Of a DNA stretch of 62,770 nucleotides, positions 31,785 through 40,668 are shown in pieces (position 1 is the stretch's first letter; every line of letters begins with the position of its first letter). Under the pieces are notes generated by a model. It had not been told where the DNA came from, made no database searches, and saw nothing but the letters and a program-made list of their open reading frames with translations. Made by a program: the position numbers and the translations under genes. This stretch comes from a virus (lineage: Duplodnaviria > Caudoviricetes). The stretch covers positions 1 to 62,770 of the IMG/VR virus record IMGVR_UViG_3300038492_000235; one strand, written 5' to 3'.

Positions 31785-32137
31785 TGCCCAAAGTATATGT
31801 CGTTCAACAACACTTAGCCCGGCAACCGGACGGTTCGTTTAAGCCCAAGCATGATATTAGTCCCGCGAAAAATTTCGGGGAAATAGTGTATGTGTTAGGT
31901 CCAAAGGCGAAGCCCTTCAACATGCACAAGGTCTTGCCGGATATTGAGTTGCGGTTGAAAAATTTTACCAGTGAAGATTATTTGATGCTCATTGGCAATC
32001 CGGCATTGATCGCTGCATGTGCAACTGTTGCTTGTAGAAATACGAACGGTAAAGTTCAGTTTCTACAGTGGAGTGGTTACTATAACGACTACTTGCCAAT
32101 TGAATTAGATCTTTATGAAGACAGGAGATTCAAGTGA
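31784..32137 (+). CDS. Conserved phage hypothetical protein
   Basis: KVYVVQ...PAKNFGEI...DYLMLIGNP...LQW. Confidence 0.65.
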   Translation: MPKVYVVQQHLARQPDGSFKPKHDISPAKNFGEIVYVLGPKAKPFNMHKVLPDIELRLKNFTSEDYLMLIGNPALIAACATVACRNTNGKVQFLQWSGYYNDYLPIELDLYEDRRFK

Positions 32138-32382
32138 AATATTTTGAAAAATTGATAAACAAAAAGATTGATGAAACTGTCCTGGCATCGGAAAAATCGA
32201 TGGATAAGATGTCCGCGTTAGCTGATGAGTTGGGCAATCAGACCGAAGCTCTTGTAGACGAGTTGAAAAAATGCCATAAGTTCATTGCTGAGATTGGCGC
32301 AATGGTTGATAACGATCTCGTCGAGCATGATGAAGTAGCGATTGCCCTGAAGAAGTATTACGGAATTTCCCTCTGGGAATAA
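32134..32382 (+). CDS. Hypothetical protein
   Basis: Coupled ORF. Confidence 0.5.
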   Translation: MKYFEKLINKKIDETVLASEKSMDKMSALADELGNQTEALVDELKKCHKFIAEIGAMVDNDLVEHDEVAIALKKYYGISLWE

Positions 32383-32458
32383 ATTTGAAAAAAAAATTAC
32401 TTGACAAGCCGCGCATTACTCACTATATTGTCAACCAGATAAAGAAATGGAGATTTGA

Positions 32459-33034
32459 ATGTCTGATGCACCACAAATACCGGATTACGGGAATTACCAG
32501 AAACCAAAAGATGAAGACCTGCTGGTTCGTATAGCTGAAACTGCAAAACTGCAAATTGAGGCTGAAGAAATTGTTCAGCGATGCGAACATGAGTTGAAGG
32601 AAGCCAAGCAACGGCTGAAATTCATTGATGAAACTCAGCTACCGGAATTGATGGTAGAGGCCCAGCAAAAGCGGTTGGTAACTGCTGATGGTATCCAAGT
32701 GGATTTGAAGGAAGACTTGTATGCCAGGGTAAAAGAGGATAAAAACGAAGAAGCAATGCAATGGCTTCGTGACAATAATTTGGCAGCAATCATCAAAAAC
32801 GGCCTGACTATATACTTCGGCAAGAATGACGATGAATTTGCTGAAAGAGTCATTGAACTACTGAAAGGTTTTGAACGTCAAATTCCTTTCGAGCGAAAAG
32901 AAACGGTGCATTGGAGAGTTCTGGAAAATTCTCTGAACGAATTACTTGACGATAGCGACATTGAGGTTCCGAAAGATTTGTTTAATTACTATGAACGTAA
33001 GAAGACAAAGTTGAAAGTTTCCTCGAAGATATAA
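32459..33034 (+). CDS. Conserved replication-module protein
   Basis: LPELM...AMQWLRDN...IIKN...VH; own promoter TTGACA-N17-TATATT at 32401. Confidence 0.65.
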   Translation: MSDAPQIPDYGNYQKPKDEDLLVRIAETAKLQIEAEEIVQRCEHELKEAKQRLKFIDETQLPELMVEAQQKRLVTADGIQVDLKEDLYARVKEDKNEEAMQWLRDNNLAAIIKNGLTIYFGKNDDEFAERVIELLKGFERQIPFERKETVHWRVLENSLNELLDDSDIEVPKDLFNYYERKKTKLKVSSKI

Positions 33035-33108
33035 ACGTTGGTGTGGGAGCCAATGACCTTGGAAAGTGCATAACGTATAATTAATCATTCATAATTAAGG
33101 AGTTACAA

Positions 33109-33993
33109 ATGCCCAAGAAAGATGCAGTAGCAAAGGTGCCTGATCGCGAAGCAGCAATTGCCGGTTACGGTGCATATGCCCAGGACGGCATGACGATCAC
33201 GAAAGACGAGATTGCGATTTCGTATTTAAGTCTTTTGCAATCCAACAGTCGCCAAACCAAACGTGACGGTGGTATTCCCGGAGCCCAGGAAGGTCATATC
33301 TTCCATGCCGGAACCGAAGAACTGTTTGACAAATTGACGTTGCAGTTTATCGCACGTCGCCATGCTTTTGTCGAATGGATTGATCGTGATTGCGATGGTG
33401 GCGGATTGGTGGCCGAATATGAACCGAATGACCCTTACGTCAAGAATGCCATTGCGAAGCATGGCAGCAAATTCGGCAAGATTCCGACCCGCGACGAAAC
33501 ATTCAAAGACAGCAATGGTGTTGAGAAATCGAAATACCATTTGGTCGAAACTTTCTACGTTTATGCCTATGTCATGAATGATGAAGGAACCGAGCAGATT
33601 GGAAACCCGGTGATCATCCCAATGCAGTCTTCGAAAATCACGCCTTATAAGAATTGGATCAACAGTCTGAATTCTTTCAAAGGTGCTGATCAAGTTCCGC
33701 CGTATGCGCACCGCACAGTGCTTTCGTCAGTTGTTCCGCCGAAGAAAGACTATTATGTCTACAAGTTCACTCCGTTGAACTATGATGCCAGTCGCAAATT
33801 GAGCGAGAACATCATCGCAAGCCTGATTCCGATGCCGCAGGGCGAAGCTCTGGTTGAAGCAGCCGAAACATTCTCGGGTTTCATCAAGGATGGACGTGTA
33901 ACCGCTGACTTGAGCGATACACAAGGTGATGCTGATGCCGGTGATCCTACCGGTGGCGACGAAGTTCCGAAAGGAACCAAGGCACCATTCTAA
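33109..33993 (+). CDS. Probable ssDNA-binding/annealing protein
   Basis: LSLLQSNS...EW motif, acidic tail ending PF, strong RBS. Confidence 0.65.
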   Translation: MPKKDAVAKVPDREAAIAGYGAYAQDGMTITKDEIAISYLSLLQSNSRQTKRDGGIPGAQEGHIFHAGTEELFDKLTLQFIARRHAFVEWIDRDCDGGGLVAEYEPNDPYVKNAIAKHGSKFGKIPTRDETFKDSNGVEKSKYHLVETFYVYAYVMNDEGTEQIGNPVIIPMQSSKITPYKNWINSLNSFKGADQVPPYAHRTVLSSVVPPKKDYYVYKFTPLNYDASRKLSENIIASLIPMPQGEALVEAAETFSGFIKDGRVTADLSDTQGDADAGDPTGGDEVPKGTKAPF

Positions 33994-34022
33994 ACTGGAC
34001 CTCCCCGTAGGCCCAACCAACG

Positions 34023-34069
34023 GCCCAGACCGTCAGCTTCCGATGTTTCAGGCGGTCTGGGTTCGTATT
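34023..34069 (+). terminator. Hairpin after SSB-like gene
   Basis: GCCCAGACCGTC...GGCGGTCTGGGT. Confidence 0.5.
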
Positions 34070-34091
34070 AATAATTAGAAAAGGCGAGGCA

Positions 34092-34388
34092 ATGCAAAGG
34101 CAAACACCCATAATGACACCTGTATTTCAAGCACCTGTTTTATTGATGGATTATCTGTATCAGATAGCAGAATTGTTAGCTGATAATGAAGAACCGAAGT
34201 CTGTAACTGTTTCGCCTAAAGTATATCAATCCATGCGTTTTCACGGCTTGTTGGGAATGTCCGATCCTGATGAAAATTACCAGAAATCCTATGCCGAAAG
34301 ATGGACCCTGGAAGGATTGCCGGTTATCGTTATGAGAAGCGATAAAGAATACGTTCTGACCGTTGAAAAGCAACCCTTGGGCACATAA
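34092..34388 (+). CDS. Hypothetical protein
   Basis: ORF with RBS GAGG. Confidence 0.5.
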   Translation: MQRQTPIMTPVFQAPVLLMDYLYQIAELLADNEEPKSVTVSPKVYQSMRFHGLLGMSDPDENYQKSYAERWTLEGLPVIVMRSDKEYVLTVEKQPLGT

Positions 34389-35620
34389 TGGCATTCGAAT
34401 GGACAGCCCAGCAAGATAGGGCGCTTATGGAAGTTTCCAGGTGGATGAAGGAACCGAGGCAGCAAGTATTTAAGCTATTCGGATATGCCGGAACTGGAAA
34501 AACAACTCTTGCGCGACATTTTGCAGAGGGGATTGGTGGAGACGTATTGTTTGGTGCGTATACCGGAAAAGCCGCTGATGTAATGAGGAGCAAAGGCTGT
34601 GAAGGTGCCCAAACGATACACTCCATGATTTACCATACGTCTCAGATGAGCCGGAAATATCTGGTAGAGTTGCAAACCAAAAGACGTCATACTTATGAGG
34701 CATTTGCTGAAGATCCGGCCATTGCAATTCCAGGTGATCATCCCGAGGTCGTAGCCCTCGATAAGCAAATTGAGCTTGAAGAAGAAAAACTGAAAAATCT
34801 GAAGTTCAAGCTTAATCCCGAGGGACCGGCCAAGCATGCGGAATTGATCATTATCGACGAGGCAAGTTTCCTGGGCGAAAAGATCAGTCTTGATTTACTG
34901 AGTTACGGAACCAAGATGCTGATCCTGGGCGATGATGCACAGCTACCGCCTCCAAAAGGCCAGAGCTACTTTACAAGTCAGGACCCGGATGTTCAGCTAA
35001 CGGAAATTACCAGACAGGCAAAAGATAGTCCCATTATTCACATGGCGACTAAAGTTCGTAAGAAAGAAAAACTGCCAATTGGGAAATACGGCAATTGCCG
35101 CGTAATTGCTCGTGAAGATATATTGCCGATGGATGTTATGGGCGCGGACCAAATGCTTGTTGGCACCCATAAACTGAGAATACCGACCAATGCCAGGATT
35201 CGAGAGCTAAAGCGCTATCCAGAGCAGACGCCTACAAAAGGCGATAAGATTGTATGCCTACGCAATGATGCAGAGGTTGGGCTTTATAACGGCGCTATTT
35301 GGTATGTGGATGAGCATCATAATGTAGATGGGGACACTTGCGCGTTATCGATCAGATCTGCTGATGGAGACAATTTCCAGGATGTGATTGCACACCGACA
35401 TTATTTTGAGGAACGTTCTCAAGAGCTTAACTGGTATGATAAAATGGATGCCCAGGAATTTGATTTTGGGTATGCACTAACAGTTCATAAAGCCCAGGGA
35501 TCTCAGTGGGATAGTGTAGTAGTATTTAACCAAGCTCATAAATTTCGACAGAATGCACATCGCTGGCTATATACCGGCATAACAAGAGCGGCCGAAGAGT
35601 TGATGGTCGTGGAGATGTAG
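34388..35620 (+). CDS. RecD-like/Dda SF1B helicase
   Basis: GYAGTGKTT, IIDEAS, GDDAQLPP, TVHKAQGSQW, YTGITRA. Confidence 0.95.
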   Translation: MAFEWTAQQDRALMEVSRWMKEPRQQVFKLFGYAGTGKTTLARHFAEGIGGDVLFGAYTGKAADVMRSKGCEGAQTIHSMIYHTSQMSRKYLVELQTKRRHTYEAFAEDPAIAIPGDHPEVVALDKQIELEEEKLKNLKFKLNPEGPAKHAELIIIDEASFLGEKISLDLLSYGTKMLILGDDAQLPPPKGQSYFTSQDPDVQLTEITRQAKDSPIIHMATKVRKKEKLPIGKYGNCRVIAREDILPMDVMGADQMLVGTHKLRIPTNARIRELKRYPEQTPTKGDKIVCLRNDAEVGLYNGAIWYVDEHHNVDGDTCALSIRSADGDNFQDVIAHRHYFEERSQELNWYDKMDAQEFDFGYALTVHKAQGSQWDSVVVFNQAHKFRQNAHRWLYTGITRAAEELMVVEM

Positions 35621-35850
35621 AATGGATATTGTAAAAGCTACTATAACTATCATATATGAAGATTTGGCTATACTAGCAATGCGCCATTATCACGTTTCTC
35701 ATATTGCTGTTGATAAAAAGACCTTCGCCAAATTGGGCGTTGCCGGTAAAATTCACTACATTAAAGGCATACCTCATTTTGACGGCGTTCGGATTGTATT
35801 AGCTGGCGTTAATAAAGAATTTATTCAAGTATGCAGTAAGGAACGTAAAG

Positions 35851-36633
35851 ATGGCTAAGTCACTACAAACGTATCTCGAAATGCTGGCAGAGAATTCGCA
35901 CAGAGAATTTGATGGGCGAGACAGCCTAAGTTTCAATTTCAGAGTGTTCAGAGAAATCGCTGCGGATCTGCCGGTGAGATTTAACGACTATCATAATTTC
36001 AATCCGTTCATCGTGTTGCCCAGAGCTTTGTTGATGTTCGAGCAGCTTGCAATTGATCTGTGGCCCATGATTCATAAGATGCAGCAAGGGGATTCATTTC
36101 AATGCTGCAATTTGGAAATCGATGGAGTGTTCTCTTCACTTGCGATGATTGATACCGGGTATCAAATCGATACCCATGTTCATTTTTTCGACGTGAATTG
36201 CAAGAGCCCGGAACTTGTGACTTTTCAACTGGCACTGACTTTTCTGCATAGAATGCTACCAAAGCCACTTCAGAGTCATCCTGGACAACATCTTCACGTT
36301 TATTCCGGCATTACAGTAGACCGTGACTGGGCAGTTCGAATAAAGCCCAGGGAGCCGGGCAAGTATCTGTTTGATGGTATTCAGCCATATCCTTTTTTGA
36401 TGGGCGACAATTTCATTACTGAATGCGGACTTATCGGCAATGGCAATCTTCCGATGGGAATTAAATCACAATGGTTGCGGAGGGTAGCAATGCCGTTGCT
36501 ATCTGCTGGCAGGCAGATGGAAAATAACATAGATTACGCTTTACAATTAGCAGCAGATATCGTCAGCGACGATTGGCGAGTTTGTGCACTTGCATATTTA
36601 CAGCATAGGAAGGATTTAAAACAACATGGCTGA
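35851..36633 (+). CDS. Possibly degenerate thymidylate synthase/dUMP hydroxymethylase-like protein
   Basis: NPF, CCN, LHVY and C-terminal VAMP...DWRVCALAYLQHR resemble YuA-like phage TS homologues; no RSND motif. Confidence 0.4.
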   Translation: MAKSLQTYLEMLAENSHREFDGRDSLSFNFRVFREIAADLPVRFNDYHNFNPFIVLPRALLMFEQLAIDLWPMIHKMQQGDSFQCCNLEIDGVFSSLAMIDTGYQIDTHVHFFDVNCKSPELVTFQLALTFLHRMLPKPLQSHPGQHLHVYSGITVDRDWAVRIKPREPGKYLFDGIQPYPFLMGDNFITECGLIGNGNLPMGIKSQWLRRVAMPLLSAGRQMENNIDYALQLAADIVSDDWRVCALAYLQHRKDLKQHG

Positions 36634-36895
36634 AGATAAAACAAACCCTCAAGCTGAAAATGAGGAAGTGGTTCGAGTCGGCACGAAGATTACGGAAGTG
36701 TTGCAAGAATCAAAGCTTGACGCATTGACCACATTAATTTTGCTGGCTCGAATTATTGCCATTATTATCATCCGGCAAGCCAAAAATAAGGATCAGATTT
36801 TCGAATTAGCTTCGTTCTTTGATAAAACTATGAGAAAAACGATTTTACAAGCTAAGAATGATTCAAATATTGATCCCAGAATTCCCCAGGCTTAA
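36626..36895 (+). CDS. Hypothetical protein
   Basis: Coupled ORF. Confidence 0.5.
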   Translation: MAEDKTNPQAENEEVVRVGTKITEVLQESKLDALTTLILLARIIAIIIIRQAKNKDQIFELASFFDKTMRKTILQAKNDSNIDPRIPQA

Positions 36896-36982
36896 TATGG
36901 GAATTGGTGAAACGATACTGTCAATTGCATTCATTGCACTTGGCGTCATGCAAATTTTCTTAATGCTAAAGGAAGCGTCGAA

Positions 36983-38983
36983 GTGACTGAAGGAACCCAG
37001 CTTATAATGTTCGCGCCGGAGTGTGCCTGGAAACTCCCGGAAATGGTAAATCTTCCTGATTGGGGTAAGGCTCAACGTATTGCAGTAGACGTTGAAACTT
37101 ATGATCCTTATCTCAAGAAGTTTGGCCCCAGTGTAAGAAGAGGAGGTTACATTGTGGGCGTTTCATTTGCCATTGAGGATGGTCCCAAGCACTACCTTCC
37201 TTTCCGGCATAAAGGAGGGGACAATTTGGATGTGGAGATGTGCCTTGCTTACCTGCGAGATAATGCCGCACGATTCAAAGGCATAGTCGTTGGAGCAAAT
37301 TTGTCTTACGATCTCGACTATCTCTGGGAAGAGGGCATATTCTTCCATCCAAATGCTACTTATGGCGACATTCAAATTGCTGATCCTTTAATATATGAAT
37401 TGCACAACTCGTATAGCTTAGATAACATTGCAAAGCGCTGGGGATTTCCCGGAAAAGATGAAAGCATGCTTGAAAAAGCATTACGGGCATTCGGACTTAA
37501 CGGCAAAGGCGATTTGTGGAAGCTCCCAGGGCGCTACGTAGGCGCTTATGCTGAAGCTGATGTAACGGAGCCATTAAAGGTTTTGCGCAAGCAGGAGCGA
37601 CGCCTGGATGCCGAGGGACTGTGGGATATCTGGACTCTTGAGTCTAATGTGCTGCCTATCAATGTGAAATATCGTCGTCGTGGTGTTTTGGTAGATTTTG
37701 ATCACGTTGACATGATCGAAGCGAAGTGCCTGAAAGAAGAACAAGAATGTGTTGATGTCATAAAGCATATTACCGGCTATACCATAGGCGTTGGCAATTT
37801 CATGAAAGCCGCTGCCTTAAAGCCAGTATTAGAATCAGTCGGTATAAAAGTGGGCATGACCGCAAAAGGATTGCCTAATATTGACCAGGAATTTCTGAAG
37901 TCAATCAAACATCCGGTAGCTGATGCGATGCTTCAGGCACGTAAGGTCAATAAGCGCAGGACTACGTTTGTCCATCAGGTTAGAGAACATGCTATCAACG
38001 GTCGGATTCACTGCACCTTACGTCAGATAGCCATGAGAAGCGCGTCAGGAGACGACCAGGGCGCTCGCTTTGGCCGAATGTCTTGTGTAATGCCAAACTT
38101 GCAACAGCAGCCAAATGACGCCGAATGGAGAGCGGTTTATATACCCGAGCATGGTGCAATTTGGGGTTGCAATGACTACAGTCAACAAGAGCCCAGATGG
38201 ACGACCCATTTTGCGGCGATTACCGGTAAGCGTGGCGCTGAAGATGCTGCCAAAGCTTACCGGGAAGATCCAACACTGGATAACCATGACTTCATGACAT
38301 ATCTGGTATATGGAATCACTCGCCAAAATACTGATCGGGAGAAATACGAAAAGCTTCGTAAGAACGCCAAAATCATCTTCCTGGGCCTTTGCTACGGTAT
38401 GGGCGGAGCGAAACTAGCTACCGGTTTGGGCTTACCCACTAGATGGACTTGGGCAGGTAAAAGAGGTAGTAAGTTTTTTGCTAACCGTGAAGATGCAAAA
38501 TTGTATAGGGCCCAACAAGGATTCGGCCGAATTTGGCAATGTGCCGGGACAGAAGCCCAGGCTATCATCGATCAGTTTAACGACCGGGTTCCATACGTGA
38601 AAGAATTGGCGCACATGGTTAAGACCTATGCGTCTTCGAGAGGCTACATAACCACTGCCGGTGGCCGCAGATTGAATTTCCCGGAAGAAAATAACGGGGA
38701 TTACGGATGGACCCATAAGGCACTTAATAGACTAATTCAGGGTTCATCAGGGGATCAGACTAAGCGAGCAATGGTAATGATCGATCAGATTTACCCAGAT
38801 TACTTTATGCAGCTTCAGGTCCATGACGAATTGAACGGTTCATTTGAATCAGTTAAGCAGGCAAAAGAAGTTGCTCACATAATGCGGACTTGCATGGATG
38901 ACTTAGATCCGGCACCACAAGTTCCGTTCAAAGTTGACACAGAATATGGTCCTAATTGGGGCGATTTGGAGGTTGCGGCATGA
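36983..38983 (+). CDS. polA: Family A DNA polymerase with 3'-5' exonuclease
   Basis: DVET exo I, PNLQQQP, motif A DYSQQEPR, motif B KIIFLGLCYGMG, motif C QVHDEL. Confidence 0.95.
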   Translation: MTEGTQLIMFAPECAWKLPEMVNLPDWGKAQRIAVDVETYDPYLKKFGPSVRRGGYIVGVSFAIEDGPKHYLPFRHKGGDNLDVEMCLAYLRDNAARFKGIVVGANLSYDLDYLWEEGIFFHPNATYGDIQIADPLIYELHNSYSLDNIAKRWGFPGKDESMLEKALRAFGLNGKGDLWKLPGRYVGAYAEADVTEPLKVLRKQERRLDAEGLWDIWTLESNVLPINVKYRRRGVLVDFDHVDMIEAKCLKEEQECVDVIKHITGYTIGVGNFMKAAALKPVLESVGIKVGMTAKGLPNIDQEFLKSIKHPVADAMLQARKVNKRRTTFVHQVREHAINGRIHCTLRQIAMRSASGDDQGARFGRMSCVMPNLQQQPNDAEWRAVYIPEHGAIWGCNDYSQQEPRWTTHFAAITGKRGAEDAAKAYREDPTLDNHDFMTYLVYGITRQNTDREKYEKLRKNAKIIFLGLCYGMGGAKLATGLGLPTRWTWAGKRGSKFFANREDAKLYRAQQGFGRIWQCAGTEAQAIIDQFNDRVPYVKELAHMVKTYASSRGYITTAGGRRLNFPEENNGDYGWTHKALNRLIQGSSGDQTKRAMVMIDQIYPDYFMQLQVHDELNGSFESVKQAKEVAHIMRTCMDDLDPAPQVPFKVDTEYGPNWGDLEVAA

Positions 38984-39924
38984 TAGTGTGTGAAATCAAC
39001 CATAAACAATTCGTAAAGGGAAATTGGGAAATTCAACTAATAGAGCGAGATCGAGAATACGAATACCATGAAATCAAAGTTATTGAACGTCCTATGTTAG
39101 CGGAACGATTTCAAGAGGGGGATTCTATAACATTATTACCTGATAGAACAGACATAGTTTTATGGACTCCTCGTGAATTTCCTTTAGCTTCTACAATTAT
39201 TGCAATTGAACCTTTACCCAGTGAGGAATAGAATTATGATAATTACTCGAACACAATATCGCAAGTCCCATAAGCATAATTCCGGCATGAAAATATGGAC
39301 CTTCGTCGAGTATCGTTTACTGGGAATTAAGGTTTATACGGCTCGTAAGCTGGATAAGGCTGATTATTTAAGGCCAACAGACTAATGGCTTCCCGTGCAC
39401 CCGATCCCAGAATTGAAAATCTCATTACTGCACTTCGGGAAAGCAGGTCTGATGCTGAATACTATTACGGTTCTATGAATCCATATTCACTCTTTCGCAT
39501 TTTAAAATCGATATTTATACGGGCCGAGCCTTTATTTAAGGACGGTCACGTTATAACTGAAATTCGTGGTTATCATTATGACATTACCGGCCGAATATCC
39601 AATGACGGCTACAGGAGATTAAACGATGGTTAGACTTTATGAATTAACTGACGGTAACGTGAGTTGCATGGTAGCAATGGATATGAATTGCCACCTTGAT
39701 AATCTCAATAGCCCTTTACAAATAGAAGCGGTTAGCGAGTATTTTGGCGAAGAACTTAACAATGTAGAATACATGCAAGTCTACCCTAATCTTAAAAGGG
39801 CTCAGGAAATCAGGGATATTTGTTTTGATGGCGCTGCTACTGTCTCACTAACATTGGAACAATGGTCTGCATTGCTTTCTTCTTTCAAAGTTAAGAACGT
39901 GATCATTTCCCAATCTGAATACTA

Positions 39925-40335
39925 ATGGCCGAGCTTGGCAAAAACGGGACCCGGCAACATATTCTCAGTCTCCTCAAAGGTTTTCATGCAATGCCGGTTG
40001 AAAATCCGGCCCGTCCTGGCACACCAGATGTTGAATGCACCTTGGGCTGGATGGAACTTAAATACCTGGAACGTTGGCCGGTAAGAAATGGAATTGTTCA
40101 ATGCAAGCATTTCACTCCACAGCAAAAAGTTTGGCTGAAAAAGCGATGGCGGCATAATAAAGGGGCATGGCTCATTTTGCAAGTAGCAAATGAATGGCTT
40201 GTGTTCGATGGCGAAACTGCCGCTAATCATTTTGGAAAAGAAGATAAAGCTTGGCTTATTGACAATTCATTACTATATTGTCAGTCTAAAATAACCTCAG
40301 AGGAGCTTGTTGAATGTTTAACATCACAGAATTAA
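39925..40335 (+). CDS. PD-(D/E)xK nuclease/Holliday junction resolvase-like
   Basis: ENPARPGTPD...WMELK...QKVW. Confidence 0.8.
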   Translation: MAELGKNGTRQHILSLLKGFHAMPVENPARPGTPDVECTLGWMELKYLERWPVRNGIVQCKHFTPQQKVWLKKRWRHNKGAWLILQVANEWLVFDGETAANHFGKEDKAWLIDNSLLYCQSKITSEELVECLTSQN

Positions 40336-40655
40336 CTCTCGGCGATAAGCTATTTTTATGGCGTCGTCGCATGGGATTCTCCCAAGATGCCGTAGCAGCG
40401 CGCTTTGAAGTATGCTCATCTACGTATCGTCTCTGGGAAAAGGACCGTATGAAGCCCAAAGGTAAAGTAGATGTCCGTGTAAATATAGAGGATGTCACTG
40501 AACCGGAATTTTGCGCTTTAATTCGCCGTAAACATGGCGTTACACAAGGGCAACTTGCCAAAGAACTTGATGTATCCCGGCAATGGGTCAACTACATGGA
40601 GTTCGGCAAAGAAAAACACGACAGATTGGTGAAGTATTGGAACAATAAAATTTGA
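40314..40655 (+). CDS. Tandem XRE-type HTH protein
   Basis: Two HTH units: SQDAVAARFEV..TYRLWE and TQGQLAKELDVSRQWVNYME. Confidence 0.8.
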   Translation: MFNITELTLGDKLFLWRRRMGFSQDAVAARFEVCSSTYRLWEKDRMKPKGKVDVRVNIEDVTEPEFCALIRRKHGVTQGQLAKELDVSRQWVNYMEFGKEKHDRLVKYWNNKI

Positions 40656-40668
40656 AAAATAGGGCGTT

